From a virus (taxonomy: Duplodnaviria > Caudoviricetes), in the IMG/VR virus record IMGVR_UViG_3300012942_000111, positions 1 through 28,368 of that record: a stretch of DNA of 28,368 nucleotides. One strand, written 5' to 3'. Shown here piece after piece: positions 16,056-25,773 of this stretch. Positions within the stretch are counted from its first letter, which is position 1; the number at the start of each line of letters is the position of its first letter. Both the position numbers and the translations under genes were made by a program. The notes below the pieces were generated by a model, which had not been told where the DNA came from, did not search any database, and was given only the letters and a program-made list of their open reading frames with translations.

Positions 16056-16529
16056 TTATTCGTGAATGAATTTCTTTCTACTTCCAAATCGGAATGGTGT
16101 GTATTCGTCTGAACCGTTTTCCGGTGGCGCTGGAGGTGTGAGAACTGGAAGGTCAAGGGTGATATCCCCTTTATTGACTTTCTTTAAAAAATCGATGGCT
16201 CTATCGAACCGATCTTTTGCCTGATCATAAATGATGTCCAGATTGCAAAGCCGGGTGATATTCCAGAATGCTACATTTTTGCAGTATTCCAATAGCAGGG
16301 CATTGCGCTCAGTGCCAGTCGCAGCAAAGACCGCATCCACATCATAGCGAATTCTTCCATCCAGCCATTCTCTTTTATTGTTGGGTCGTAGGTAGCTTTT
16401 CACCAGGTCTACGGCTGACGAAATAGCCATGTACACAATGTCGTCGTCGTCTTCTGTTATCTGCTCAATCTGATAAGCATAAATGACCGATTTTAATTCC
16501 TCTTTTGTTAAAAATGTTGTTTCTGGCAT
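16056..16529 (-). CDS. Mu gp36 / DUF1320-like head-tail adaptor
   Basis: FLTKEEL start, AVDLVKSYL, RFDRAIDFLKKVNKG motifs. Confidence 0.8.
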   Translation of the reverse strand: MPETTFLTKEELKSVIYAYQIEQITEDDDDIVYMAISSAVDLVKSYLRPNNKREWLDGRIRYDVDAVFAATGTERNALLLEYCKNVAFWNITRLCNLDIIYDQAKDRFDRAIDFLKKVNKGDITLDLPVLTPPAPPENGSDEYTPFRFGSRKKFIHE

Positions 16530-16534
16530 TTTGA

Positions 16535-18043
16535 TTAATATTTGCGTGATTCTCTAAACCCCATTACGTAATTTGAATTCGTTGCCCTGGCACGGTGGTT
16601 CAGGATAAAGATGGCACCCTCCACTGCATCTGGCGCATCATCGTGAGCGCGGCTTCCCTTCTCAAACATTAGCAGCTGCTCCACTAATGCCCGGACACCT
16701 GGACTATCCTTTTCTCGTTCGTTGATTATAAATAACGCCCTTTCAAAAAGTGGCTGCATGGCTTCTATCCGTGCAAATTTGTCGGGCTTTTTGCGTTTGT
16801 CGCCCCTAATGGGAATCTGGTGGCCAATCAATGCACCTTCCTTTTTGAACTCATCCAAAAGAAGGTCTTGCAGAAAGTTGGCTTCCATGTAATACAGCAC
16901 TGGCGTGGCATCGTTGACAAATTCATTAATATCATAGTGCCACCTAACCATTTGGGCGACCGAAGTCTGATCGGCAAAGGCTTTAATCAAGTGATATTCG
17001 CCTTTTTTTGTCTTGCCAACGAGCATCGTTGCTTTATAGTCCGCACTATTACTGTCTTTAAAGGAAGGGTCAGTATAGCAGACGAGCGTCCGGTATTCCT
17101 TTAATGGAAGGATTTTGCCATAATGGATTTGCTTTTGCAGAAATACAGTACCCTCGGTGATTGGATTGTTCATGTATTCCTTTTGGAATAGCCGTTCCCC
17201 CTGAATTTCTTTCAGCGAATTAACCTCGGCACGGGTGTAGTTTTCTGGCCAGCTGATATTTCCCTTTTTGTCCAGGATGTTTACAACCTTATGATATAGA
17301 TTCTTTCTTGTGGCAAATCTGGATAGTACGCTGTCTTTGCCTATCCGGTTGCCGACCATTATGAAACGGCCACGACCGCCCTCCATAGCCCCAAACAAGG
17401 CCGATAACACCCATTCGAGTACAATGCCAATGCGGCTGGGATTGCGAATCATCTCATCGTCATCGATATCGTCTATAACAATATAGTCCGGCCTTCTACC
17501 TCTATTTTTTATGCCTCTGGGAGACTGACCACGCCCCAGTGCCAAGAACATACAGCCTCCGGTGGTCACAAATTCACCTTCCGTCCAGTTGCCTTCCATG
17601 ACCTGTTTGCCAAAATCACGAATCAGCCGTTCATTATATTGTAGTTCTGCCTGCAAATCTGATAACAACCGGATGGCTGCGTCCTGACTTTTGGACACCA
17701 GAACCATGAAGTGGATTTCCGGTTCTTCCTGGAATAACAACCACAAAGGGATAAGTAGGGATGCATGGGAGCTTTTGGCATGCCCGCGCGCCCATTCCAG
17801 TAATGCCCGGATGTTTTTAGACTTAAGAATTACCTCGGCTGCTTCAATTTGAAATTTGGCCGTTTTTTTTCTGGCCAGATGGGGAAAATACTCGGAAACA
17901 AAATACCCATAGTTTTTGCGGGCTTTTTTGATTCGTTTGGCCCGCTCTTCTTCGCTATCCTCAGCACCAAATTTTGCCGAAAGTATCCATGTGACACGGT
18001 CTTGCCACCGCTGCTGGAGCTCTTTGGTTATTTTCACTTTCAT
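16535..18043 (-). CDS. terL: terminase large subunit
   Basis: WARGHAKS (Walker A-like), RPDYIVIDDID (Walker B), FQKEYMNNP, YTDPS, HDDAPDAVEG nuclease motifs. Confidence 0.93.
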   Translation of the reverse strand: MKVKITKELQQRWQDRVTWILSAKFGAEDSEEERAKRIKKARKNYGYFVSEYFPHLARKKTAKFQIEAAEVILKSKNIRALLEWARGHAKSSHASLLIPLWLLFQEEPEIHFMVLVSKSQDAAIRLLSDLQAELQYNERLIRDFGKQVMEGNWTEGEFVTTGGCMFLALGRGQSPRGIKNRGRRPDYIVIDDIDDDEMIRNPSRIGIVLEWVLSALFGAMEGGRGRFIMVGNRIGKDSVLSRFATRKNLYHKVVNILDKKGNISWPENYTRAEVNSLKEIQGERLFQKEYMNNPITEGTVFLQKQIHYGKILPLKEYRTLVCYTDPSFKDSNSADYKATMLVGKTKKGEYHLIKAFADQTSVAQMVRWHYDINEFVNDATPVLYYMEANFLQDLLLDEFKKEGALIGHQIPIRGDKRKKPDKFARIEAMQPLFERALFIINEREKDSPGVRALVEQLLMFEKGSRAHDDAPDAVEGAIFILNHRARATNSNYVMGFRESRKY

Positions 18044-18546
18044 TAGTTGCCGAGTCTATGTTGAATAAATAAATCCTGAAGGCGAATAAGTTTCTTAAGA
18101 AATGCCTCTTCGATGCCTTCCGTACTTCTTCGCTCCAATAACCAGTTTTGGAAGTCCATAAAACACATGATCTCGTCATCGACGGTATTGCGCTGCTTAA
18201 GTGTTTTAAGTTGCGCCACTGCTTTGGCAAATGCATCTGCGTTAAAGTCGTCCTCTTCCAGCATGAGATTTATTTTTCCAAGTGCTTTAACGATAAGCTG
18301 GTCCATGCTGATGGTTTTGGCCGCTCTTTTGGCTTCCCATTCATCTTCCTTTTTCCATGCTGATATGGTTTGTGGAGAAACGCCAGTTCTTTGGCTGATT
18401 TCGCCCTGTGAGACTTTTTGCATATAGAGCATAAAAGCGAATTCCCGCATGCCGTCGTTTTGATTCCTCACGCGCTTTTTCTTTGGTGTCGCCTTTTTCA
18501 GTGGAATCACTTTAGGCGCCTTCTTAACTGTTTTTTTTGTGGCCAT
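18043..18546 (-). CDS. terS: terminase small subunit (HTH)
   Basis: HTH SQGEISQRTGVSPQTISAWKKEDEW; TAATG-coupled to terL; likely start MATKK at 18546. Confidence 0.75.
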   Translation of the reverse strand: MATKKTVKKAPKVIPLKKATPKKKRVRNQNDGMREFAFMLYMQKVSQGEISQRTGVSPQTISAWKKEDEWEAKRAAKTISMDQLIVKALGKINLMLEEDDFNADAFAKAVAQLKTLKQRNTVDDEIMCFMDFQNWLLERRSTEGIEEAFLKKLIRLQDLFIQHRLGN

Positions 18547-18562
18547 TTGAGGTAGTTTATAC

Positions 18563-18655
18563 TGCAAAACTGCCCGCGATTTGCCCCCTTATAAAATATC
18601 GAAGCAAGGTTTGCACAACTATTTCAATACGCTGTTTTTGCCGCCCATTTTTGCA
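18563..18655. promoter_or_regulatory. divergent late promoter pair with a central dyad
   Basis: CAGTTTTGCA (minus, 18572-18563) and CATTTTTGCA (plus, 18646-18655); GCAA-GGT-TTGC at 18604-18614 is centred at their midpoint, 18609. Confidence 0.6.
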
Positions 18656-18676
18656 TCAGAGAAAACAGTAAACAGC

Positions 18677-19657
18677 ATGAAGCCATTCATATTAAGCGAC
18701 GGTTCTAAGATTAACAGCTTTGGATTCAGGGTGCGCACATCGGGAATTAATTATTCCCGTTTTGACCCCAACCCTGTTATGCTGGCAGAACATAAAAACG
18801 CAATTGACAGTGTGATTGGCAAGTGGGTTAACAGGCGTGTTGATGGTGTTCAGCTTCTGGCTGATGCCGATTTTGATATGGAGGATGAAACATCTAAAAA
18901 GATTGCTGGAAAAGTGGAACGTGGATTTGTCAAAGGCGCCTCCATAGGTATTCAATTCGATTGGGATATGCTACAAAAGCAGCCAGACGGTGAATGGGAG
19001 CTTATCGAATGCGAACTATTGGAAGCCTCTATTTGCGCCATCCCTTCCAATGCTTCCGCCCTCCGGTTGTATGCTGCTACTGACGGTCATCTGATGGATG
19101 AACAAGAATTTAAACTTAGCCTTTCGGCGCTATCGGCGGACGGGGCTGTTATCAATAAACAAAAAACAAAAGAAAAAGAGATGAAAAAAGTAATCCTTTC
19201 CCTTTCCGCCCTGGAAGTACTTAATCTACAAAAGGAAAATACCACTGATGGTGTTGATTCCGCCTTGGTAGAGGGCGCCGTTTTGAAATTAAAATCAGAA
19301 CTGGACGATACCAAAACAAAGCTATCTGCCACAAATACTGCCTATGAAGCCTTGAAAGCACAAGCTGAAGCAGATGTAAAACTTCGTGTGGATAAATTGG
19401 TTGACGACGCGGTCAAATCTGGCAAGATTGACGCCACCAAAAAAGAGGATTGGGTAAAACTCGCAATGTCCAATCTGGCAATGGCTGAAAACACACTGGC
19501 ATCTATCCCAGCGAAAAAAACGCTTTCTACTGAGGTGAATAACCCCGATGCAGGAGGTGACGTGAAAACAATGGATGACTTCGCAAAAATGCCGTTTGAA
19601 AAGCAATTGGCATGGAAAGCGGCCAATCCAGATGCTTATAAAGCTATCTGCGGATAG
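18677..19657 (+). CDS. prohead protease with C-terminal scaffold domain
   Basis: NPVMLAEH, KGASIG, LLEASICAIPSN protease motifs followed by coiled coil; ATG 18677 preferred. Confidence 0.88.
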   Translation: MKPFILSDGSKINSFGFRVRTSGINYSRFDPNPVMLAEHKNAIDSVIGKWVNRRVDGVQLLADADFDMEDETSKKIAGKVERGFVKGASIGIQFDWDMLQKQPDGEWELIECELLEASICAIPSNASALRLYAATDGHLMDEQEFKLSLSALSADGAVINKQKTKEKEMKKVILSLSALEVLNLQKENTTDGVDSALVEGAVLKLKSELDDTKTKLSATNTAYEALKAQAEADVKLRVDKLVDDAVKSGKIDATKKEDWVKLAMSNLAMAENTLASIPAKKTLSTEVNNPDAGGDVKTMDDFAKMPFEKQLAWKAANPDAYKAICG

Positions 19658-19717
19658 ACTTCCGCACTCATCTAAATTAGACCAAAACGTATTAAAAAAC
19701 ATTAAAATTTCAAGAAA

Positions 19718-20641
19718 ATGCCTCAAAATTTCCCAGAAGTATGGCTCGGTCGGGTCAGAACACAGCTGACTACTCAGGATGTCGCTCCTTGGTTGGATGG
19801 AATTGAAGAACTGGACACACCGGTTATTGAACTCGGCGCAGGTAGCGCAGGGGAAAGCAACATCATCCATGTGCCGATTTCCACCTTCGCACCAGATGTC
19901 CTGATCAATAATACCACTTATCCTATTGCCACCCAGGCATACGATGATGACACTGTTGATATCAAATTGGATAAGTATCAGACCAAATCAACCACCCTTA
20001 GTGATGATCAGGTTATTGGCGCCGCTTATCCCAAAATTGATGCTGCCACCAAAGCGCATAGAACGGCCATCAATTCTAAAAAGTATGCTAAGGCTATCCA
20101 TGCGATCGCCCCTGCCGCTAATGCCGCCGGTACGCCGGTTATTCCAACCACCGGTGAAGCCATCAACGCTCGCAAACGCTTCACTTTCGTTGACCTGGTC
20201 AGCATGAAGGACGCCTTTGACAAAATGGAAGTTCCAGCTGAAGGCCGCAGAATCGTATTATCTACTGATCACTGGAACGATCTTCTGGTAGATGAAAGCA
20301 ACAAGGCTTACAACAAGCTGCTCGTTGACTTCAAGACAGGTCAGCCCGCGCCAATCATTGCAGGATTTGAGGTGTATAGCTATGTTTCAACCCCTTACTT
20401 CACTACCGCCGGTGCAAAAGTGGCCTTTGCTGCTGTTCCAGGTGGAACTGATAACCGCGCTTCTGTCGCCTACTTTGTAGGTAACATCGTTAAAAAGACC
20501 GGCTTAACCAAACAGTACTTTGCGCCTGCCAATCTTGACCCAGAAAATCAGACAAACAGGCTGAATTACCGTCACTACTTCATTACCCTTCCGGTTATGA
20601 ACAAGTACATCGGTGCAATTTACTCAGCTGCTAGTGCTTAA
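19718..20641 (+). CDS. major capsid protein
   Basis: 307 aa directly after protease/scaffold; FDKMEVPAEGRRIVLS, IAGFEVY; followed by a strong terminator. Confidence 0.85.
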   Translation: MPQNFPEVWLGRVRTQLTTQDVAPWLDGIEELDTPVIELGAGSAGESNIIHVPISTFAPDVLINNTTYPIATQAYDDDTVDIKLDKYQTKSTTLSDDQVIGAAYPKIDAATKAHRTAINSKKYAKAIHAIAPAANAAGTPVIPTTGEAINARKRFTFVDLVSMKDAFDKMEVPAEGRRIVLSTDHWNDLLVDESNKAYNKLLVDFKTGQPAPIIAGFEVYSYVSTPYFTTAGAKVAFAAVPGGTDNRASVAYFVGNIVKKTGLTKQYFAPANLDPENQTNRLNYRHYFITLPVMNKYIGAIYSAASA

Positions 20642-20658
20642 TGCTGATGTGTAGAAAG

Positions 20659-20686
20659 GGCGCAGCGATGCGTTGCGCCTCTTTTT
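20659..20686 (+). terminator. intrinsic terminator after the capsid gene
   Basis: GGCGCAGCG-ATG-CGTTGCGCC then TCTTTTT. Confidence 0.75.
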
Positions 20687-20710
20687 AAATCGAATTTTAA
20701 AGCCGTTTAA

Positions 20711-21241
20711 ATGCCAAAAATCACCACCATATCTTCCAATTGCCTTAAACTCATTGAACAGTTTGAGTGTTCCGGCAATGTGGATAGTCCTAAATGGCTG
20801 AATGCTTATCAGGATACAGGTGGAGTCTGGACAATTGGGATTGGTACAACGATATATTGTGGGGGGAAAGAAGTCAAAAAAGGCGATGTTATTACCCCTG
20901 AAAAAGCCTATCAGCTTTTACAATTTGACATGAAGCAGGCGACCATTGAGGTCGACGCCTGGACCAGAGATGATATTACCCAAAATCAGTTCGATGCGCT
21001 TGTCTCTTTTGTATATAACTGTGGAACCGTCGCTTACCGTACTTCACAGTTAAAAAAAGTTATTGATCGTGACCCTTTTGATTATGAGGCGATATGTAAG
21101 CAGTTTTTACGCTGGAAATATGATAATGGCAAATATGTACCCGGATTGCTACGTCGCAGACAGGCAGAATTCTGGCTTTACTGGAAAGGAGAATTAAAAT
21201 ACAATTTTTTACCAACCGATAAAATTATAGGTAATGGATAA
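20711..21241 (+). CDS. endolysin, GH24 lysozyme
   Basis: IEQFE, AYQDTGGVWTIGIGT, QNQFDALVSFVYNCG, GLLRRRQAE motifs. Confidence 0.93.
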   Translation: MPKITTISSNCLKLIEQFECSGNVDSPKWLNAYQDTGGVWTIGIGTTIYCGGKEVKKGDVITPEKAYQLLQFDMKQATIEVDAWTRDDITQNQFDALVSFVYNCGTVAYRTSQLKKVIDRDPFDYEAICKQFLRWKYDNGKYVPGLLRRRQAEFWLYWKGELKYNFLPTDKIIGNG

Positions 21242-21602
21242 CAAGATTAAAGAGCATTTCAAGAATCACAATAAGTCCGAGGTATTTCAGACCTCTGACG
21301 GGTTCTTATTTCATAAAGACTTTGACGCTAAGGCGCATGCAGGCTCACTTAAAGACAGAACCGTTACGCGGTTTGAACGCGGAAGTGTAGACCTGAAAAA
21401 GGATGAACCTGAAACAGGCGCTCAGGCTTCCACCGAAAAGGACAAAAAAGCAGTGAAAGAACCAAAGACGCTGCAAAAGGTGAAAGCACCAGCTGCTGAT
21501 AAAAAGGCAGGCGGCAAGGCTTCCAAAGCTCAAAAGGCAGAAACGGGAAATAACAAAAACCCAGATGCTACTGGCGAAGGTGCAGGCACTGAGTCCAAGT
21601 AG
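21234..21602 (+). CDS. hypothetical protein with K/A/E/T-rich low-complexity tail
   Basis: FQTSDGFLF N-terminal domain followed by a disordered-looking tail. Confidence 0.75.
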   Translation: MDNKIKEHFKNHNKSEVFQTSDGFLFHKDFDAKAHAGSLKDRTVTRFERGSVDLKKDEPETGAQASTEKDKKAVKEPKTLQKVKAPAADKKAGGKASKAQKAETGNNKNPDATGEGAGTESK

Positions 21603-21614
21603 CGAATATTAGCC

Positions 21615-21649
21615 AAAGGGCTGATAATCTGATTTATTAGCCCTTTTTT
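21615..21649 (+). terminator. intrinsic terminator
   Basis: AAAGGGCTGATAA...TTATTAGCCCTTT plus T-run. Confidence 0.75.
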
Positions 21650-21672
21650 ATTAAAAAGTAAAAAACACAGCA

Positions 21673-22860
21673 ATGTTACCACGCGTAAAAATATATTTCC
21701 AGAACGGTAATTTAGGCCAACAGGCAACAAGCGCCGACGGGGTACTTGGTTTGATTGGTTCTGGCGTTGCCATTGCCGGTAAATTTGAGCTGAATAAAGC
21801 ATATGTCCTCTACTCAATGGACGATCTGGCCGCTTTAGGCATTACAGCCACAACGAACGCAGCTCTTTATAAACTTGTCAGTGACTTTTATAATAATGCC
21901 ACTGCCGGAACTGAAGTTTGGCTAATGGGCTTCCCTGACACCTTACTGGTCAGCGATATTGTAGACAAGGATAAGGAAAACGCAAAGTTGCTGATCAACG
22001 CCGCCAACGGCAGATTAAGGGGACTTGTGGTGTCCAGAACGCCAGATGAAAGCTATGAGCCGACGATTACTGATGGTTTGGACGCAGATGTTGCATTGGC
22101 GGCTACAAATGCCCAGGCACTGGCAGAATGGGCCACAGAAACTAAATTTTCGCCATTGTTCGTTATTCTGGAAGGGTATGGCTATGCTGGCGACCCTTCT
22201 GAATTAGCCGACCTTTCCGAAGGCCAAAACAATCGTGTGGGCATTTTTATTGGTGATACCGTTATTGGTAGCCAGAACGCTACGATGGGGACAATTGCTG
22301 GTAGAATTGCTTCAATTCCGGTTCAGCGTAATATCGGTAGGGTAAAGGATGGCGCAATTGCTTCCATTACTGGATTCATCGCTGACAAGGCTGTTGAGGT
22401 GGCCGATGCGGAAACGCTCAATGCCAAACGCTATATTACCCTGCGAACCTTCGTTGGCCGCTCCGGGTATTTCTTTAGCGATGACCCCTTGGCTACTGCG
22501 GCCACGGACGACTATAGCAATCTGAGTTACAGAAGGACAATTGATAAGGCATACCGGGTGGCTTATGACACCTTATTGCCACTGCTTCTGGATGAAGTTC
22601 CCGTGAATTCAGATGGTACAATTCAACTGCCTTATGCCAGAAGTTGGGAAGCTGCGGTTGAAGATGCTATTGTATCGCAGATGACCGCTAATGGCGAATT
22701 GAGCGCAGATGCGGACAATGGCGATAGTGGTGTTGTTTGTGCAATTGATACAACCGTCAATCTGGTGGCTGGAAATCCCTTTAAAGTTCTGATTCAGGTA
22801 CGGCCATTTGGGTACGCCCGTCTGGTGGATGTGTATTTGGGATTTCAGACCATTTCTTAA
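21673..22860 (+). CDS. contractile tail sheath protein (DUF2586-like)
   Basis: 395 aa; NIGRVKDG, RTIDKAYR, VRPFGYARLVDVYLGF; precedes the tube gene. Confidence 0.85.
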   Translation: MLPRVKIYFQNGNLGQQATSADGVLGLIGSGVAIAGKFELNKAYVLYSMDDLAALGITATTNAALYKLVSDFYNNATAGTEVWLMGFPDTLLVSDIVDKDKENAKLLINAANGRLRGLVVSRTPDESYEPTITDGLDADVALAATNAQALAEWATETKFSPLFVILEGYGYAGDPSELADLSEGQNNRVGIFIGDTVIGSQNATMGTIAGRIASIPVQRNIGRVKDGAIASITGFIADKAVEVADAETLNAKRYITLRTFVGRSGYFFSDDPLATAATDDYSNLSYRRTIDKAYRVAYDTLLPLLLDEVPVNSDGTIQLPYARSWEAAVEDAIVSQMTANGELSADADNGDSGVVCAIDTTVNLVAGNPFKVLIQVRPFGYARLVDVYLGFQTIS

Positions 22861-22892
22861 CCCGATTTAAACCAATTTAAAAAACAAAGAAA

Positions 22893-23303
22893 ATGTTTAA
22901 CAGTAGAGAATACGAATGGTCAGACGTCAGGTTAATCCTTGGCGGTATTGAGATCACCGGGATTCGAGGGGTCAAATACACGCCTAAGCAAGAAAAGGAA
23001 GTCTTATACGCGAAAGGCAGTAAAGGCCATTCAGTCCAATTTGGCAACTTTTCACTAGAGGGGTCAATTACTGTCACCCAATCTGAATTGCAGGCACTTG
23101 ATGCTGCGGGTAATGGCAGTTTACTAGATATCCGTTCAATTACTGCTGTAGTAATGTATGGAGACCCTTCCAAAGGCGTTCCTCCCACTTCGGAAACAGT
23201 AAAAGGTATTTCATTTCAGGAAGCACCCAGAGAATGGAAGCAAGGTGATAAGTTCATGGAATGTGAAATTCCTTTCATTGCACTTGATCTGAAATCTAAA
23301 TAA
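22893..23303 (+). CDS. tail tube protein
   Basis: 136 aa after the sheath; EYEWSDV start, WKQGDKFME. Confidence 0.82.
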   Translation: MFNSREYEWSDVRLILGGIEITGIRGVKYTPKQEKEVLYAKGSKGHSVQFGNFSLEGSITVTQSELQALDAAGNGSLLDIRSITAVVMYGDPSKGVPPTSETVKGISFQEAPREWKQGDKFMECEIPFIALDLKSK

Positions 23304-23338
23304 ATTTCTTAACCAAAATCGAATTAAAATCTACACAG

Positions 23339-23635
23339 ATGGAAGTTACAGCAGAACAAATCGCAAAATGGAAGCAGCAATACGGCAGCGTATCCAAATT
23401 AAAGCTGGCATCAGGGGAAGTCGTATATGTGCGTCAACCGACAACACAGGAAATTGAATATGCAAGTGCCAATCTCATGCAGGGAAAAACCTACACTTTT
23501 GGTATTACATTATTTAAAACCTGTCAGATCGGTGGTGACCAGATCGACGGCAAGGATGAGGCCAAAATGAGGGGTATCGCTCAGCAAATGACGTCCATTA
23601 TTGAAGTTACAGCGGTTGAGGTGGAAAAGCTTTAG
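23339..23635 (+). CDS. tail assembly chaperone (G-like)
   Basis: Between tube and tape measure; EQIAKWKQQYG; ends VEKL. Confidence 0.8.
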   Translation: MEVTAEQIAKWKQQYGSVSKLKLASGEVVYVRQPTTQEIEYASANLMQGKTYTFGITLFKTCQIGGDQIDGKDEAKMRGIAQQMTSIIEVTAVEVEKL

Positions 23636-23889
23636 CGGATGCCGATTTTGGCATTCGCGTGGCCGGGAGCGAGAAAACAGATACAATCCCGGGTAAGACT
23701 AAAGAAATGGATTTTGACGAATGGGGTCGCCAATTTAAGCAATGGGTGGACAATGTTCGGAAACTAAACGCCCAATTACGTTATTACTACGGTGTAGAAC
23801 CCGGCAATTTAAGTATAACAGAATGGGCGTTTAGAGTAAATGAAATGAAATGGATTCGCCAGGAAGAGGCAAAGCAAAACAGTAATTAG
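23620..23889 (+). CDS. tail assembly chaperone frameshift extension (T-like), -1 frame
   Basis: -1 frame opens at 23620 after a TGA, overlaps G_GAA_AAG (23623-23629) and ends immediately before the tape measure ATG; hairpin at 23635-23658. Confidence 0.7.
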   Translation, partial: GGKALADADFGIRVAGSEKTDTIPGKTKEMDFDEWGRQFKQWVDNVRKLNAQLRYYYGVEPGNLSITEWAFRVNEMKWIRQEEAKQNSN

Positions 23890-25770
23890 ATGTCGAACGT
23901 TCTTGAATACATATTAAGGCTAAAAGACCAGATCAGTCCAGCTCTGCAAAAGCTGGGTATCAATAGCGCCAACGCCAAAGGGCAGGTTGACGGTATTGGT
24001 AATCAGGCGAAGAACCTCGACAATCAATTAAAGCGCACTGCTTCCGGCGGGATTTCCATTTTTAATATTGCCCTGGGTAATATGGTGGCCACTGCCGCCA
24101 CCTCAATGGCCAGAATTGTTCCAATGCTCGGAAATTCGATTTTTGAAGGAACCGTTAAACGCGAACAGGATATCATTGGCCTGACCACGTTTTTAGGAGA
24201 TAATGCTAAACGGGTCTATGATGCAATTCAACATGATGCGGCGGTAACGCCTTTCTCCACAGATTCCCTTTTGAATGTAAACCGGGCTTTAATAAGCTCT
24301 GGATTAAGCGCAGAAAGTGCCAGAAAGGACGCATTGAACTTAGCTAATGCCATTGCGGCTGTCGGTAAAGGAGATGCAGAGCTGTCCAATATGGCCGCAA
24401 ATATGCAGCAAATTAAGACAGTTGGTAAGGCCAGTTCAATGGATATTAAACAGTTTGCTTTCGCTGGGATTAATATCTATGCCGCCTTAAGTAAAGCAAC
24501 TGGGAAGTCCGTAGCTGAGGTGCAAAAGATGGATGTTACTTATGACCTACTTTCCCAAGCACTTGATAAAGCCGCTCAAAAAGGGGGCATATATGCAGGA
24601 GCATTAGAAAAACAAGGTAAGACGCTGGGCGCAATGATGGAATCTGCTAAAGACCAGGCTTCCATATTCTTTGCTGATTTTGGGGATATGCTCCGGCCAT
24701 TATTTGAGAAAGGACTAGTTTACTTTCAAAAATTTGTGGCATACATACCTAAAGTGTTTGCAGCACTTAAGCCCGTTATAATGGGTATTGGAAATGTATT
24801 TTTCTGGTTGATCGATGTAGTTGGGAGTGTCGTTAAAGGGGTTCAGTGGTTTTACCAAAAAGTTAAAGAAGGTAATCCCGCAATTTGGATTATAATATCG
24901 ACACTAGGTGTATTAACAGCTGCATTAATTCTAACAAAGACTTGGATGGCTTTAAGCACACTCTGGGCACAAAGAATGGTTATTTGGGATTTAGCAGTGG
25001 CGGCAGCAAAAGTAATATGGAAGGATGCTCAATTAGCATTAAATGCCTCAATGTTAGCCAATCCTGTTTTCTTAATAATTACAGGAGTTATCGCTTTAAT
25101 AGCGTTGATAGGTTTTTTGGTTTATAAAATTGATGGCTGGGGTAACGCATGGAAACATACGGTAACCGGCATGAAATTAATCGGAGATTGGTTTTTGACC
25201 TCTTTCAAATACGCCTTTGATACGATGGTTAATGGCTTGATGATCGGCATTAATAAAATTAAAGCTGGTTGGTATGAGTTTAAAAATGCGGTTGGGCTTG
25301 GTGATAGTGCCGCGAATGACCACATGTTGGCGCAGATCAATGCAGATACTAATGCCAGAAAGAAGGCTATTGTGGACGGCGCAAAAAATCTGAATAACCT
25401 TCAAAAGCAGGCTTTAGGTGAATTTGCCCAGGCAGGCCAATCCCTTACGTGGAATAAGAAAACGCTTGGCGACTTTAAAAATGGTGTTCAAAGCAAATTG
25501 GGCATTACTCCGGGCAAAATACCGGGTGGCCAGACGGTGAATAGCAGCATGGGCGCTTTGTCTGATGGCAAAGGGAATGCCGACAAAGCAAATAATGCAG
25601 TCGCAACCGGAGGCCAAAGGAATGTCACCGTGAATATGTCTATAGGTAAAATGATCGATGGATTTAAAATAGTGGTCTCAAATACTGAGGAAGGTATCAG
25701 GGACCTGGAACAAAAAGTAATAAGTGCCGTAACCAGAGGCGTGGCCGCTGGAGCTTCACTCGGAGGATAA
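23890..25770 (+). CDS. tape measure protein
   Basis: 626 aa, Ala/Gly-rich; AAVTPFS, DIKQFAFAGINIY, ANPVFLII and hydrophobic segments. Confidence 0.92.
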   Translation: MSNVLEYILRLKDQISPALQKLGINSANAKGQVDGIGNQAKNLDNQLKRTASGGISIFNIALGNMVATAATSMARIVPMLGNSIFEGTVKREQDIIGLTTFLGDNAKRVYDAIQHDAAVTPFSTDSLLNVNRALISSGLSAESARKDALNLANAIAAVGKGDAELSNMAANMQQIKTVGKASSMDIKQFAFAGINIYAALSKATGKSVAEVQKMDVTYDLLSQALDKAAQKGGIYAGALEKQGKTLGAMMESAKDQASIFFADFGDMLRPLFEKGLVYFQKFVAYIPKVFAALKPVIMGIGNVFFWLIDVVGSVVKGVQWFYQKVKEGNPAIWIIISTLGVLTAALILTKTWMALSTLWAQRMVIWDLAVAAAKVIWKDAQLALNASMLANPVFLIITGVIALIALIGFLVYKIDGWGNAWKHTVTGMKLIGDWFLTSFKYAFDTMVNGLMIGINKIKAGWYEFKNAVGLGDSAANDHMLAQINADTNARKKAIVDGAKNLNNLQKQALGEFAQAGQSLTWNKKTLGDFKNGVQSKLGITPGKIPGGQTVNSSMGALSDGKGNADKANNAVATGGQRNVTVNMSIGKMIDGFKIVVSNTEEGIRDLEQKVISAVTRGVAAGASLGG

Positions 25771-25773
25771 AAC

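Noticed and set aside
19322-19870. 182-aa minus-strand ORF and similar shadow ORFs (e.g. 8373-8657, 25488-25949)
   Set aside because: Antisense to well-supported genes, with no motifs.
24720-25130. AT-richer segment in the tape measure gene as an insertion
   Set aside because: The frame is continuous and it coincides with Ile/Leu-rich hydrophobic segments normal for tape measure proteins.
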